Under the pieces are notes generated by a model that ran no database searches, was not told where the DNA came from, and was given only the letters and a program-made list of their open reading frames with translations. Shown piece after piece: positions 47,601-55,330 of a stretch of DNA of 64,000 nucleotides (position 1 is its first letter; every line of letters begins with the position of its first letter). Both the position numbers and the translations under genes were made by a program. The stretch comes from Bradymonadia bacterium (lineage in GTDB: Bacteria; Myxococcota_A; Bradymonadia; UBA7976; UBA1532), in assembly GCA_044376085.1 (NCBI GenBank), contig JBILLN010000009.1:524-64523 (forward strand). Direction: 5' to 3'.

Positions 47601-50335
47601 AGGTGCTCGACGTGCGGGCGCAGACGGTGGACCCCGTGGCGCTCCTGCTCGGGCTGTTCGCCTTCGCCGGGGTGATCTTCCTGGCCCGGGGGCGGCGCGG
47701 CGAGATCGCTCGGGGGGTCGTGCGCGGCGGGGGCTGGCTCAACTGGGCGGCGCCCGTCGGGGCGCTGGTCGTGCTGCTGGGGCTGATGACGCTGGGTACG
47801 CGGCGGTACGAGAAGGCGTACGCGCCGTCGGCGACCAGCGCCTCGGACGGCCCGGGGTACTTCGCCGAGAAGGCCGAAGAGGGCCGCATGGGCGATGCGT
47901 CGCCGAAGTCCGTCGCCGCCGCGCCCGTCCCGGCCCCGCCGGCCCCCGCCTCCGAGGCACCGACCGGCGGATTCTCCGAAAACCAGCGGTTCTCGGCCAA
48001 GGGGGTCGCGGGTGGCGGTCGACGAACGGGCATGGGGTTCTCCCTGTCGGCCCGCGACGAGGCCGAAAGTGCCCTCCAGGGTCGTTCCGGCGAGCGGGTC
48101 GCCGCCGAGGCCGCCCCCAAGGACGCCGCCGCGGCCGAGCCGCTGGTGGCCCTGCGCCAGGAGTTCCCCGAGACGCTCTACTTCAACCCGGCGGTGGTCG
48201 TCGGCGAGGACGGGCGGGGCGAGGTCCGGTTCCGCGCGGCCGACTCCATCACGACCTGGGAGGCCTACGCCCTGGCCAGCGACGCGGGGGGCCTGCTCGG
48301 CGCCGGGTCCGGTCGGTTGGTCGTCCACAAGCCCTTCCACGTCGATCTCGACGTCCCCATGGACCTGACCGTCGGCGACGACGTGACGCTCCAGATCGCC
48401 GTCTCGAACGACCGCGACGTCCCGGGGTCCGCGCGCCTCACGGCCACGGCGGATCGCGGCCTCTCGCTCGACGTGAAGCCCCTGGAGGCCCCCGTCGCCC
48501 TGGCCGCCCGCGGGCTCGCCGGCCGGTTGGTCGACCTGAAGGCCGTCGCCGCCGGCGAGCTCGCGGTCACGCTCTCCGGCGAGCTGCTGGGCGGTGGCGC
48601 CGGCGCGAAAGACGCCCTGAAGCGCCCCATCTCGGTCAGCCCCGACGGGCGCGAGGTGCAGCAGACGTTCTCGGGCCTGGTGGTCGACTCGGTCCAGCGC
48701 ACCATCGACCTGCCCGCCGACGCCTTCCCCGACGGCAGGTCCGTGGTGCTCACGCTGCTCGGGAGCCCGCTGGCGGCGGCGCTCGACGGGCTGCACCTCC
48801 TGACTCGCGCGCCGCGCGGCGCCTTCGAGCAGCAGCTCTCCACCGCGTACGCCAATGCGCTCATCCTGCAGGCGCTGCGGGCCACCGGCCGCATCGACCA
48901 GGCCCAGGAGTCGCAACTGCTGCGGTTCCTGCGCCTGTCCTACCAGGACGTCCTCGGGTACGAGTCGCCCGGGGGCGGGTACTCGGAGTTCGGCGGGGCC
49001 ATGCCCGTGCGCACCGTGTCGACCGCCTACGGCCTGATGGTGCTCTCGGAGCTCGGCCGGTTCACCTACGTGGACGCCGACGTCGTCGCCCGCGCCCGCT
49101 CGGCGCTGCTGCGGGCCCAGGTCGCCGACGGCGGCTTCGCCGGGCCGACCGAGACGGCCTTCGTGGCGCTGGCGCTGGCGACCCACGACCCCGAGTGTCT
49201 CGCCACGGAGGACCCGCAGAAGCCGTGGGGACCCGAGCTGCGCCTCGCCCGCGAAGCCTGCCGCAAGGTGTTCGCCCGCCTGAGCGACGCCTTCGCGCGG
49301 GTCGAGGGGGTCGATCCCTACACGCTCGCGCTCGCCGCCGACGCCCTCGTGCTGGGCGGACCGACGCATCGGACCCGCGCCGAGAGCCTGCTCGACGAGC
49401 TCGACCGGCGTGCTGCGGTGGTGGGCGAGGGCCGGTACCGCCGCGTGACGTTCCAATCCCGCTCCGCCTCGCTCTACGGCGCCCGGGGTCGGGCCGCCGA
49501 GGTCGAGACCACCGCGCTCGTCACCCACGCGCTCGTCACCCACGGCGGGCGACAGGACAAGGCCCGCGAGGCCCTGCGCTCCCTCCTCGTGCTGCGCGAC
49601 GATGGGGGCGGGTTCCATTCGGCGCACGGCACGGCCCTGGCGCTGCGGGCGCTGCTCGCCGCCGCCCGGGGCGGCCAGGCGGGCGGGCGGGCGCGCGTGC
49701 AGCTCGACGGCACCGAGGTGGCACTCGTCGAGTTCGACCCGGTCAACATCAACGAACCCCGCCGTCTGGACCTGACGGACAAGGTCCGTCCCGGCGCCGC
49801 GCTCACCCTTTCCGTGGACGGCTGGGACGGCGCCGCGGACCTCGCCTACAGCCTGACGACGCACCACTTCGAGCCGTGGACGCGACCGCCCGCCCGCCCC
49901 GTCAGCGCCCCGGGCGACGACGCGGTCTGGATGGCGGTGCGGCAGTCGATGGACGCGCCGAGCTACGGGCTCGGCGACACCGCCGAACTGACCGTGGACA
50001 TCGACCGCTACGGCGGCCGCGCGGCCAACGGTCTGCTCATCGCGCAGATCGGCCTGCCCCCCGGGTTCCGGACGGCCCCCGACGCCTTCGAATCCGGGGT
50101 CATCGGTCCGACTCTGCGCGTCGAACCCGCCGCGCGGGGGCTGACGGTCTACCTCGACGACCCCGGGATGGGCCGCACGACCCTGACGGTGCCCCTCGTG
50201 GCCGCCCGCGCCGTGCGCCGCGTGGTCGTGCCGCGCAGCCGCGTCTACTTCGCCTACCAGCCGTATATCGAAGCCCAGGCCGCCCCGGTCCCGGTCTTCG
50301 TCAAGCGACTGCTCGGCGACCGTACCGGCGGCTGA
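44693..50335 (+). CDS. Anti-sigma (HxxxCxxC) / TM / alpha-2-macroglobulin-like fusion protein, thioester Cys absent, internal 4-TM insertion
   Basis: SD GGAAGGTGAGGGG. HLTTCTAC at aa 170-177. TM at aa 241-259. MG-type repeats (DKPTYQPGQTVHLRGL). A2M core FPETLYFNPAVVV...DSITTWEAYALA. Thioester context LTRAPRGAFEQQ. Confidence 0.85.
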   Translation: MSTQRLRPEARANHDAFARTGHGQALRDWLGAHGGVCAALLRDAGAPDPDAALVTSLSGFLARRHRNPDAQWPLDLLRALFDAAPTATAGELGRRALALAGRIGLDLDGLAHVLRRPHDEVRAALSSTCHRLLPSERSLVDGAFHPSPEDRIALATGTLPAAHLPAVSTHLTTCTACRVDVEAVREVVARALPEATATLAPELVDRVVQAALTARLAHAAVPRALRFTGLTPGAPRRPLRLGIVGVLALLTLVTGVTWAWQARLAAQTIETELVLLDAPELLAGASTAVSVQLRPVPSAEAPTAPRNPPEPTEVRVVLRGPAGRELARGAVKTDANGLAIVPLTVGGLDEGQVSASLEAEADVDGERRRFSTPVNVVRRLRQVISADKPTYQPGQTVHLRGLSLDEGSGKPLAGRPARLELRDPRGNRLVDVQTTVSPHGVTATDVELSAGAALGRYTARLILEGQNGTAETSLLVERYTLPPFAVSVKAGVPSTDGREPFDVDVEAKFTTGVPMARGMARLTVFADGQEVFTGTRRIEAGKARLTVRLPDWLASQTYRPPTTLVLHAAVRDPAGRAEEGRGGLELQGDAMTVTLLSEAPSVRRSLPRLNRLIVRTQRPDGTPVSAPVVLFSPGEGELETVGAGERLGETTTNADGLAFLDLPTAYFGRPLAVLATDPQDRKAYWTSMPAPAMREGALVLGCEKALVRAGRPLRCEVFVPSPRARTVRAELGGRIIALAATPAMQGIYPVELALPASAPGLVRITMEDAPTEDAVHVLVAPHDGLRIELSGLDGTREPGAEIGLGLKVTNAAGQPRAASVGLAVVDAAVFARVAGATPKQIISRLFEQPGLAPAGMALLFAERTESGGAPDADPWSALQQTEARWLLAGARAPVAAVRTGSSLPSDAMALSSRIWSARSTAQTSLGLTMLAFTAALLLTFLVVSFWFRATFVALCAALLTAVGLKFLLGEVLDVRAQTVDPVALLLGLFAFAGVIFLARGRRGEIARGVVRGGGWLNWAAPVGALVVLLGLMTLGTRRYEKAYAPSATSASDGPGYFAEKAEEGRMGDASPKSVAAAPVPAPPAPASEAPTGGFSENQRFSAKGVAGGGRRTGMGFSLSARDEAESALQGRSGERVAAEAAPKDAAAAEPLVALRQEFPETLYFNPAVVVGEDGRGEVRFRAADSITTWEAYALASDAGGLLGAGSGRLVVHKPFHVDLDVPMDLTVGDDVTLQIAVSNDRDVPGSARLTATADRGLSLDVKPLEAPVALAARGLAGRLVDLKAVAAGELAVTLSGELLGGGAGAKDALKRPISVSPDGREVQQTFSGLVVDSVQRTIDLPADAFPDGRSVVLTLLGSPLAAALDGLHLLTRAPRGAFEQQLSTAYANALILQALRATGRIDQAQESQLLRFLRLSYQDVLGYESPGGGYSEFGGAMPVRTVSTAYGLMVLSELGRFTYVDADVVARARSALLRAQVADGGFAGPTETAFVALALATHDPECLATEDPQKPWGPELRLAREACRKVFARLSDAFARVEGVDPYTLALAADALVLGGPTHRTRAESLLDELDRRAAVVGEGRYRRVTFQSRSASLYGARGRAAEVETTALVTHALVTHGGRQDKAREALRSLLVLRDDGGGFHSAHGTALALRALLAAARGGQAGGRARVQLDGTEVALVEFDPVNINEPRRLDLTDKVRPGAALTLSVDGWDGAADLAYSLTTHHFEPWTRPPARPVSAPGDDAVWMAVRQSMDAPSYGLGDTAELTVDIDRYGGRAANGLLIAQIGLPPGFRTAPDAFESGVIGPTLRVEPAARGLTVYLDDPGMGRTTLTVPLVAARAVRRVVVPRSRVYFAYQPYIEAQAAPVPVFVKRLLGDRTGG

Positions 50336-50405
50336 ATCGCCGGGAACAAGTGAGGCCGGCCCGGCGGTTGGGCCGAACGACCCGAGAATCCTCCGGAGAT
50401 TTCCC

Positions 50406-51323
50406 ATGCCCGACGACGACGACCGAGAGAACACCGACGGCGAGCCCCACAGCGTCTCGTCGGTGGTCCGCAAGGACAACGGCGACATCCACATCGCCAT
50501 CACCATCAACAACAACAACAGCAACGACCGCGGGGCGACGATCTCCGGGGACGAAATCGGCGACGAGTACGGCGGCGGCGCTCCGGCGGCCTCGGCCCAC
50601 GTCCATCCCGCAGCCGGCCCGGGCTTCGCCCCGACGCTCGACGCGGCCGTGCCGTCGCCCTTCGTGCGCGGCGCCCTCGACGACGCCTTCGCCGCGGCTC
50701 CGGTCTACACCAAGGGTCTCGCGCCGTTTTCGGCGGACCCGGCCGCGACCGGCGAACGCCCCACCGCGCGGCTCACCGTCGGCGGCCTCGTCGCGCACGG
50801 GCGAGCGGCCCTCTTCACGCCGGCGCGCGTTCACGAGGCGCTGGCCATCTACCAGGGTCTCTGCATCGTGGAGGTCGGGGCCGGCAACGCCCCGGACACC
50901 GTGACGCTCGTCCCCGGCCCCGCCTCGCCCGACGCCGTCTGGACCCATGCCGCCCACGCCCTGCGGACGGGCCTCGTCGGCGGCCACTACCGGCTCGCGG
51001 TCGCCCCCGCCCGCGAAATGAAGGGCAAACGCGGTGCCGGTGAAGCGGCCTTCGCGGTCACCCTGACCCCGGTCGGAGACCCGCTCGGCGGATTCCTCAA
51101 CGTCATCCCGGCCAAGGCGGCCGCCGTGGCGAGCCTCGAGGCCTACGGCGCGCGCGCCGCCTGCGTCCCGGTTCCGGCGAGCGGTGGCCCGCTGACCGTT
51201 CCGCGCCCGGCCGGGGCCGCCGACGACGACGCGTTCTTCTTCGTCGTCACCAGCACCCGCCCGGACGCCGTGTCTCCGCCGTTGCTCGAGGTGCGCTCCA
51301 ACGTCGCCTGCGTGGGTCCCTGA
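50406..51323 (+). CDS. Hypothetical protein (acidic, Asn-rich N-terminus, no signal peptide)
   Basis: GGAGA SD 7 nt upstream. 305-codon ORF. No recognised motifs. Confidence 0.5.
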   Translation: MPDDDDRENTDGEPHSVSSVVRKDNGDIHIAITINNNNSNDRGATISGDEIGDEYGGGAPAASAHVHPAAGPGFAPTLDAAVPSPFVRGALDDAFAAAPVYTKGLAPFSADPAATGERPTARLTVGGLVAHGRAALFTPARVHEALAIYQGLCIVEVGAGNAPDTVTLVPGPASPDAVWTHAAHALRTGLVGGHYRLAVAPAREMKGKRGAGEAAFAVTLTPVGDPLGGFLNVIPAKAAAVASLEAYGARAACVPVPASGGPLTVPRPAGAADDDAFFFVVTSTRPDAVSPPLLEVRSNVACVGP

Positions 51324-51342
51324 CCGGAGACCGGTCGCGCTT

Positions 51343-51996
51343 TCACCGGGCCGCGATGTGCCCGAGCTTCTCGGACTGACTCATGCGCCAGAAGCGACGC
51401 ACCTCGGGCAGCAGCGCGTCGAGGCGCGCGCGCTCCAGGTACGTCCGGGTCAACCAGGTGCAGTAGCGCTCGGCCTGACGGCTCGCCTCGCGGTAGCGGG
51501 GCATCGCCTCCGGCGCGGCCTCGTAGGTGCAGTCGCGGAAGAGGCGGTGCCGCAGCGTCAGCGGACAGACCTCGACCCCCGCCAGCCGGCGCATGACGAA
51601 CGTGCCCAGGAATTTGTCGACCTCGGCTTGCAGCTCCAGCTCCAGCCGCGACACCGGCCGTCCGGTCCGTGCGCGATCGACGACGTAGAGCAGGTGGCTG
51701 ACCCCTTCGAGCAGCGCGCAGTGCTCGTCGAGGCCCGCATCATCGCAGGGGTCCGACGTCGTCAGGCGATCCTCCAGCAACAGGGCCAGATTGAGCGCGT
51801 CGTCCTCCTCGTGGATCAGCAAGGCCTCCCGCCCGGCCGACGGGGCGCCCGAGGGCTGCGCTCCGAGGGCGGCCATCAACTCCGGTCGGGCGGCGTCGTC
51901 GACCACGAAGTCGCGAACGCTCACCCCCGGCGTGAGCGCGTAGAGCTCGCAGAGCCGGGCCTCGAGGGCAGCGAGCGCGTCCCGAGGGGCGCTCAA
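51343..51996 (-). CDS. Hypothetical protein (start uncertain)
   Basis: TTG at 51996-51994 overlaps the upstream TGA (TTGA coupling). The region upstream of that overlaps the better-supported gene 51993..52613. Confidence 0.5.
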   Translation of the reverse strand: MSAPRDALAALEARLCELYALTPGVSVRDFVVDDAARPELMAALGAQPSGAPSAGREALLIHEEDDALNLALLLEDRLTTSDPCDDAGLDEHCALLEGVSHLLYVVDRARTGRPVSRLELELQAEVDKFLGTFVMRRLAGVEVCPLTLRHRLFRDCTYEAAPEAMPRYREASRQAERYCTWLTRTYLERARLDALLPEVRRFWRMSQSEKLGHIAAR

Positions 51997-52613
51997 TGGT
52001 CGAACCGCGTGCGCGCTCCGACCGCGACCCCCATCTGCGCCAGCCGCGCCGCGACGCGCGGGCTGCCCGTGGCCGCGAACCGGTCGCACAGGCGCAGAAC
52101 GTCCTGCTCCCGATTGAAGCACCGTTCGCTCACGTCGTTGAGCAGGTCGACGAAGTGTACGAACCGGGTACCGAGATCCTCGAGCAGGCGCCGGAACGGG
52201 TTGCCGTCGCCCCCGCGGGTCAGGGCCGACGCGGCGCCGCGGTACGCCCCCTGCCCGAGATCGATGAAGTACTTCTCGTCGTTCAGGGTCCGACTGATCG
52301 AATCCGCGAAGAACCCGGTCATGTACAGGCTGTAGTCACCGAGCTGCTTCAGCGATTGGAAGCGCTTGGTCGGTGGGGCCTGCATGGCCTTCAGAACCTG
52401 GAGACCGATGGGCTCGGCCATCAGATCATCGAGATTCTCGGTCAGGAGCGACTCTCGACCCGAGAAAGAGGTCAGAAGCTGCACCAGATATTCACGCGTC
52501 GGATCGTCCAGCTGGACCTTCTGCCGCGTAGCCGCCTCGTTCAGGCCTTCTCGGAAGTAGGCGTCGAGGTGACCCGGGCTGAGGGTCGGTTTCGGGTGGT
52601 CATCGGCCTCCAT
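51993..52613 (-). CDS. Hypothetical protein
   Basis: ATG 52613 preceded by AAGGGAG. 206 aa with balanced composition (MEADDHPKPTLSPGHLDAYFREGLNEAATRQ...). Confidence 0.6.
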   Translation of the reverse strand: MEADDHPKPTLSPGHLDAYFREGLNEAATRQKVQLDDPTREYLVQLLTSFSGRESLLTENLDDLMAEPIGLQVLKAMQAPPTKRFQSLKQLGDYSLYMTGFFADSISRTLNDEKYFIDLGQGAYRGAASALTRGGDGNPFRRLLEDLGTRFVHFVDLLNDVSERCFNREQDVLRLCDRFAATGSPRVAARLAQMGVAVGARTRFDH

Positions 52614-52674
52614 GCGACTCACTCCCTTTCTGGGTCCCTCTCCGGTGCATCGGACGAGGTCCCTTGGTGCTTGA

Positions 52675-54474
52675 ATGCGATCTTTCGTCTTGCGTCGGGT
52701 GTCTCTGCGGTCCGTCGGGGTGAATGTCTTCGAATGTACGGACGCGCGCCGGGTCCTCGCAAATTCTCTGCGCGGCGCGTATGGTCGGCCGGTGCCGGCC
52801 CTCGACCCTCGACCCCGCCCGCCGGCGGCTTCGTGCCGCTCTGCCGTCCGCGCGCTCGCGGCGCTGCTCCTCACGGGCACGTTCGCCTGCGGCGCGGACC
52901 CCGGCACGCGAGCCGCGACGCCGCCCCGGGGGCCGTCACCCGCCGCCGTCGCCGCCTACACCGAGGCCACCCGGGCCGGCCAGGAAGGGCGAAAGGCCGA
53001 TGCCGCCGCGGGGTTCGACGAGGCCACGCGTCTCGATCCGGAGGCCGCTCAGGTCTGGCTGGCAGCCGCCCGCGCCCACGCCGCGCTCGACGCGCACGAT
53101 GCCGCCGCCGAGCGGGCCCGCGAAGCGCTGAAGCGCGCCCCCGGCGATGCCGATGTCGCCGACGATGCGGCCGGGCTGCTCGCCGGTGCTGGGTACGTCG
53201 ACGAAGCCCGGCAGATTCACCTCGAGCGTGCTCAGCGGGCGCCGACCGACGCGACGCCGTGGATCCGCCTCGCCGAGATCGCCACCGAGCGGAACGAGCT
53301 CGAAGAGGCCGAGGAAGCGCTGAACCAGGCGACCCGTCGCGATCCCGAGAACCCCGACGCCTGGGAGCGCCTGGGGCAGATCCGCACGCGCCAGGGCCGT
53401 CACGCGCAGGCTGCGCAGGCCTTCGACCAGTCCATCGAGCAGGATCCCCGCCGCCGGGGCCTCGCGGCGCTCGTCCTGCGCCTCGCCCTGGAGGGCGGTG
53501 ACTTCGACGTGGCTCGGCGGGCGCTCCGCCGCCTCGGGGGCGCCGATACGACCGAGTCGCAGGCGTCGATCCTGCTGGCCGGCATGCTCGAAGAGCGCGG
53601 CGACCCCTTGAGCGCCGTGGCCGAGCTCGAACGCACGGTGGCCCGGGACCCGGACAACGCGCTGGCGCGAATGCGCCTGGCCGGCCTGCTCATCGAATCG
53701 AAACGCTGGGCGGACGCGGAGACGGCGCTCGCTCCGCTGCCGGCGAGCGGCGAGCACGGGGCCAACGCCCGCCGCCTCCGTGCCTACGTCGCCGTGGAGC
53801 AGGATCGCCTCGACGACGCCGTGCGTCTGCTCGACGAAGCCCGTGCGGCCGGGGCGGACACCCCCGAGGTCCTCGCGCAGAAGGTCCGCATCCGGCGGCG
53901 CCAGAACCGCCTGCCCGACGCGCGCGCCCTGCTCGACGAAGGGCTCGCCCGGTTCCCGGAGAGCCCGGACCTCGCGTTTCTGTCCGCCATGGTCCACCAG
54001 GACGCCGGCGCCGAAGAGCGCGCACTCGAAGAGATGATCGCCGTGGTCCGGCGTTTCCCGAAACACGCCGGGGCCCTGAACTTCGTCGGGTTCACCTGGG
54101 CCGAACAGGGGGTCCGGCTCTCCGAGGCCGAGGACTACATCCGACGGGCGCTCGAGGTCGAACCGGAGGACGCCGCCATCATCGACTCCCTGGGGTGGGT
54201 GCTCTTCAAACGCGGCGACCTCGACGGCGCCGAGCGTCACCTGCGCCGGGCGCTGGAACGCATGCCCGACGAGGGGGAGCTGCACTACCACCTCGGCGAG
54301 GTCCTGTGGGCGAAGGGTGACCGCACGGCCGCCCTGGCGGCCTTCGAGAAGGCCGTCGCCCTGACGGACCCCGCGGTGCCGGGTGCCGCGGCGTACCGCG
54401 CCCGCTTCGAGAAGCGGCTGGCTGCGGTCCGTCGGGCGCTCCCCAAGGCCCGACGCCCGAAGAAACCCCGATGA
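52675..54474 (+). CDS. TPR-repeat (lipo)protein
   Basis: Signal VRALAALLLTGTFAC. Many TPR-like units (for example PDAWERLGQIRTRQGRHAQAAQAFDQSIEQDP). Start could be ATG 52675 or in-frame GTG 52792. Confidence 0.8.
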   Translation: MRSFVLRRVSLRSVGVNVFECTDARRVLANSLRGAYGRPVPALDPRPRPPAASCRSAVRALAALLLTGTFACGADPGTRAATPPRGPSPAAVAAYTEATRAGQEGRKADAAAGFDEATRLDPEAAQVWLAAARAHAALDAHDAAAERAREALKRAPGDADVADDAAGLLAGAGYVDEARQIHLERAQRAPTDATPWIRLAEIATERNELEEAEEALNQATRRDPENPDAWERLGQIRTRQGRHAQAAQAFDQSIEQDPRRRGLAALVLRLALEGGDFDVARRALRRLGGADTTESQASILLAGMLEERGDPLSAVAELERTVARDPDNALARMRLAGLLIESKRWADAETALAPLPASGEHGANARRLRAYVAVEQDRLDDAVRLLDEARAAGADTPEVLAQKVRIRRRQNRLPDARALLDEGLARFPESPDLAFLSAMVHQDAGAEERALEEMIAVVRRFPKHAGALNFVGFTWAEQGVRLSEAEDYIRRALEVEPEDAAIIDSLGWVLFKRGDLDGAERHLRRALERMPDEGELHYHLGEVLWAKGDRTAALAAFEKAVALTDPAVPGAAAYRARFEKRLAAVRRALPKARRPKKPR

Positions 54475-55265
54475 TGTATCGCCGTCGGACGTTGCGCGCG
54501 CTCGCCCTCTGCCTTGCCCTCGCCGCCCTCGGGGCCGCCAGCGGGTGCGGCGGGTCGTACCCCCGACCGGCGGACGCCCCGACGGAGCCCGGGCCCATCC
54601 TCGCGCGACTCGCAGAGCGGGCGGCCGCCGTCCGCAGCCTCTCCGGCATGCTCGCCCTCGAGGTCTGGCGCGGGGACGAGCGCGTCCGCCTTCGGCAGCT
54701 CCTGCTCGTCGTCCGGCCCGACAAGGTGCGGGTGGACACCCTCTCCCCCTTCGATCAACCCCTGGCCATGATGGCCTCGGACGGGCAGACGCTGACCATC
54801 TACTCCCTGGAGCAGAAACGCTTCGAGCAAGGTCCGGCGACGTCGGGGAACCTGGCTCGTCTGCTGCGGCTGCCGCTCTCCGGGGAGGAGCTGACCGCCG
54901 TGCTCGCCGGGGGTGTCCCGATGCCCGCGGGCGTGACGCCGACGCTGGGCTGGGACTCGGAGGTCGGCGCCCACATTCTCGAGTTCGTCGACGGCCGACG
55001 CCGGCAACGCGTCTCCCTGGAGCCCGCCGCGTTCCGGCTGGTCGAACTCCGTGCGTGGGAGGGCGAGACGCCCCGATACGTCGCCCGTTTCGGCGACTAC
55101 GATGGCGAGGGACCGACGGCCGTGCCCCGACGGATGCGGTTCGAGGTGCCGTCCGAGGCCCTGCGCGTCGACGCCCGCTTCGAAGACCACACGCTCAACG
55201 TGACCCCGCCGGAGGACGCCTTTACGATCCCCGCTCCCCGGGGCATCTCCGTACACCCTCTGTGA
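54471..55265 (+). CDS. LolB/LolA-like (DUF4292-like) outer-membrane lipoprotein
   Basis: ATGA overlap with the TPR gene. Lipobox LALAALGAASGC. Size and beta-rich pattern (LALEVWRGDERVRLRQLLLVVRPDKVRVDTLSPFDQP) resemble the LolB fold family. Confidence 0.65.
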   Translation: MMYRRRTLRALALCLALAALGAASGCGGSYPRPADAPTEPGPILARLAERAAAVRSLSGMLALEVWRGDERVRLRQLLLVVRPDKVRVDTLSPFDQPLAMMASDGQTLTIYSLEQKRFEQGPATSGNLARLLRLPLSGEELTAVLAGGVPMPAGVTPTLGWDSEVGAHILEFVDGRRRQRVSLEPAAFRLVELRAWEGETPRYVARFGDYDGEGPTAVPRRMRFEVPSEALRVDARFEDHTLNVTPPEDAFTIPAPRGISVHPL

Positions 55266-55330
55266 AACACGATATGTTCGCGTGCGGTGCGGGCGGACGA
55301 TAGAATTCCCGGACCCTGCGGAGCACGGCC

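Noticed and set aside
44573-50524. 1983-aa minus-strand ORF (and plus-strand 44683..47601 in another frame) over the A2M locus
   Set aside because: Composition is again Arg/Gly/Pro-dominated with no recognisable domains. The +1 frame starting at 44693 has an SD, a ZAS motif, TM helices and A2M motifs.
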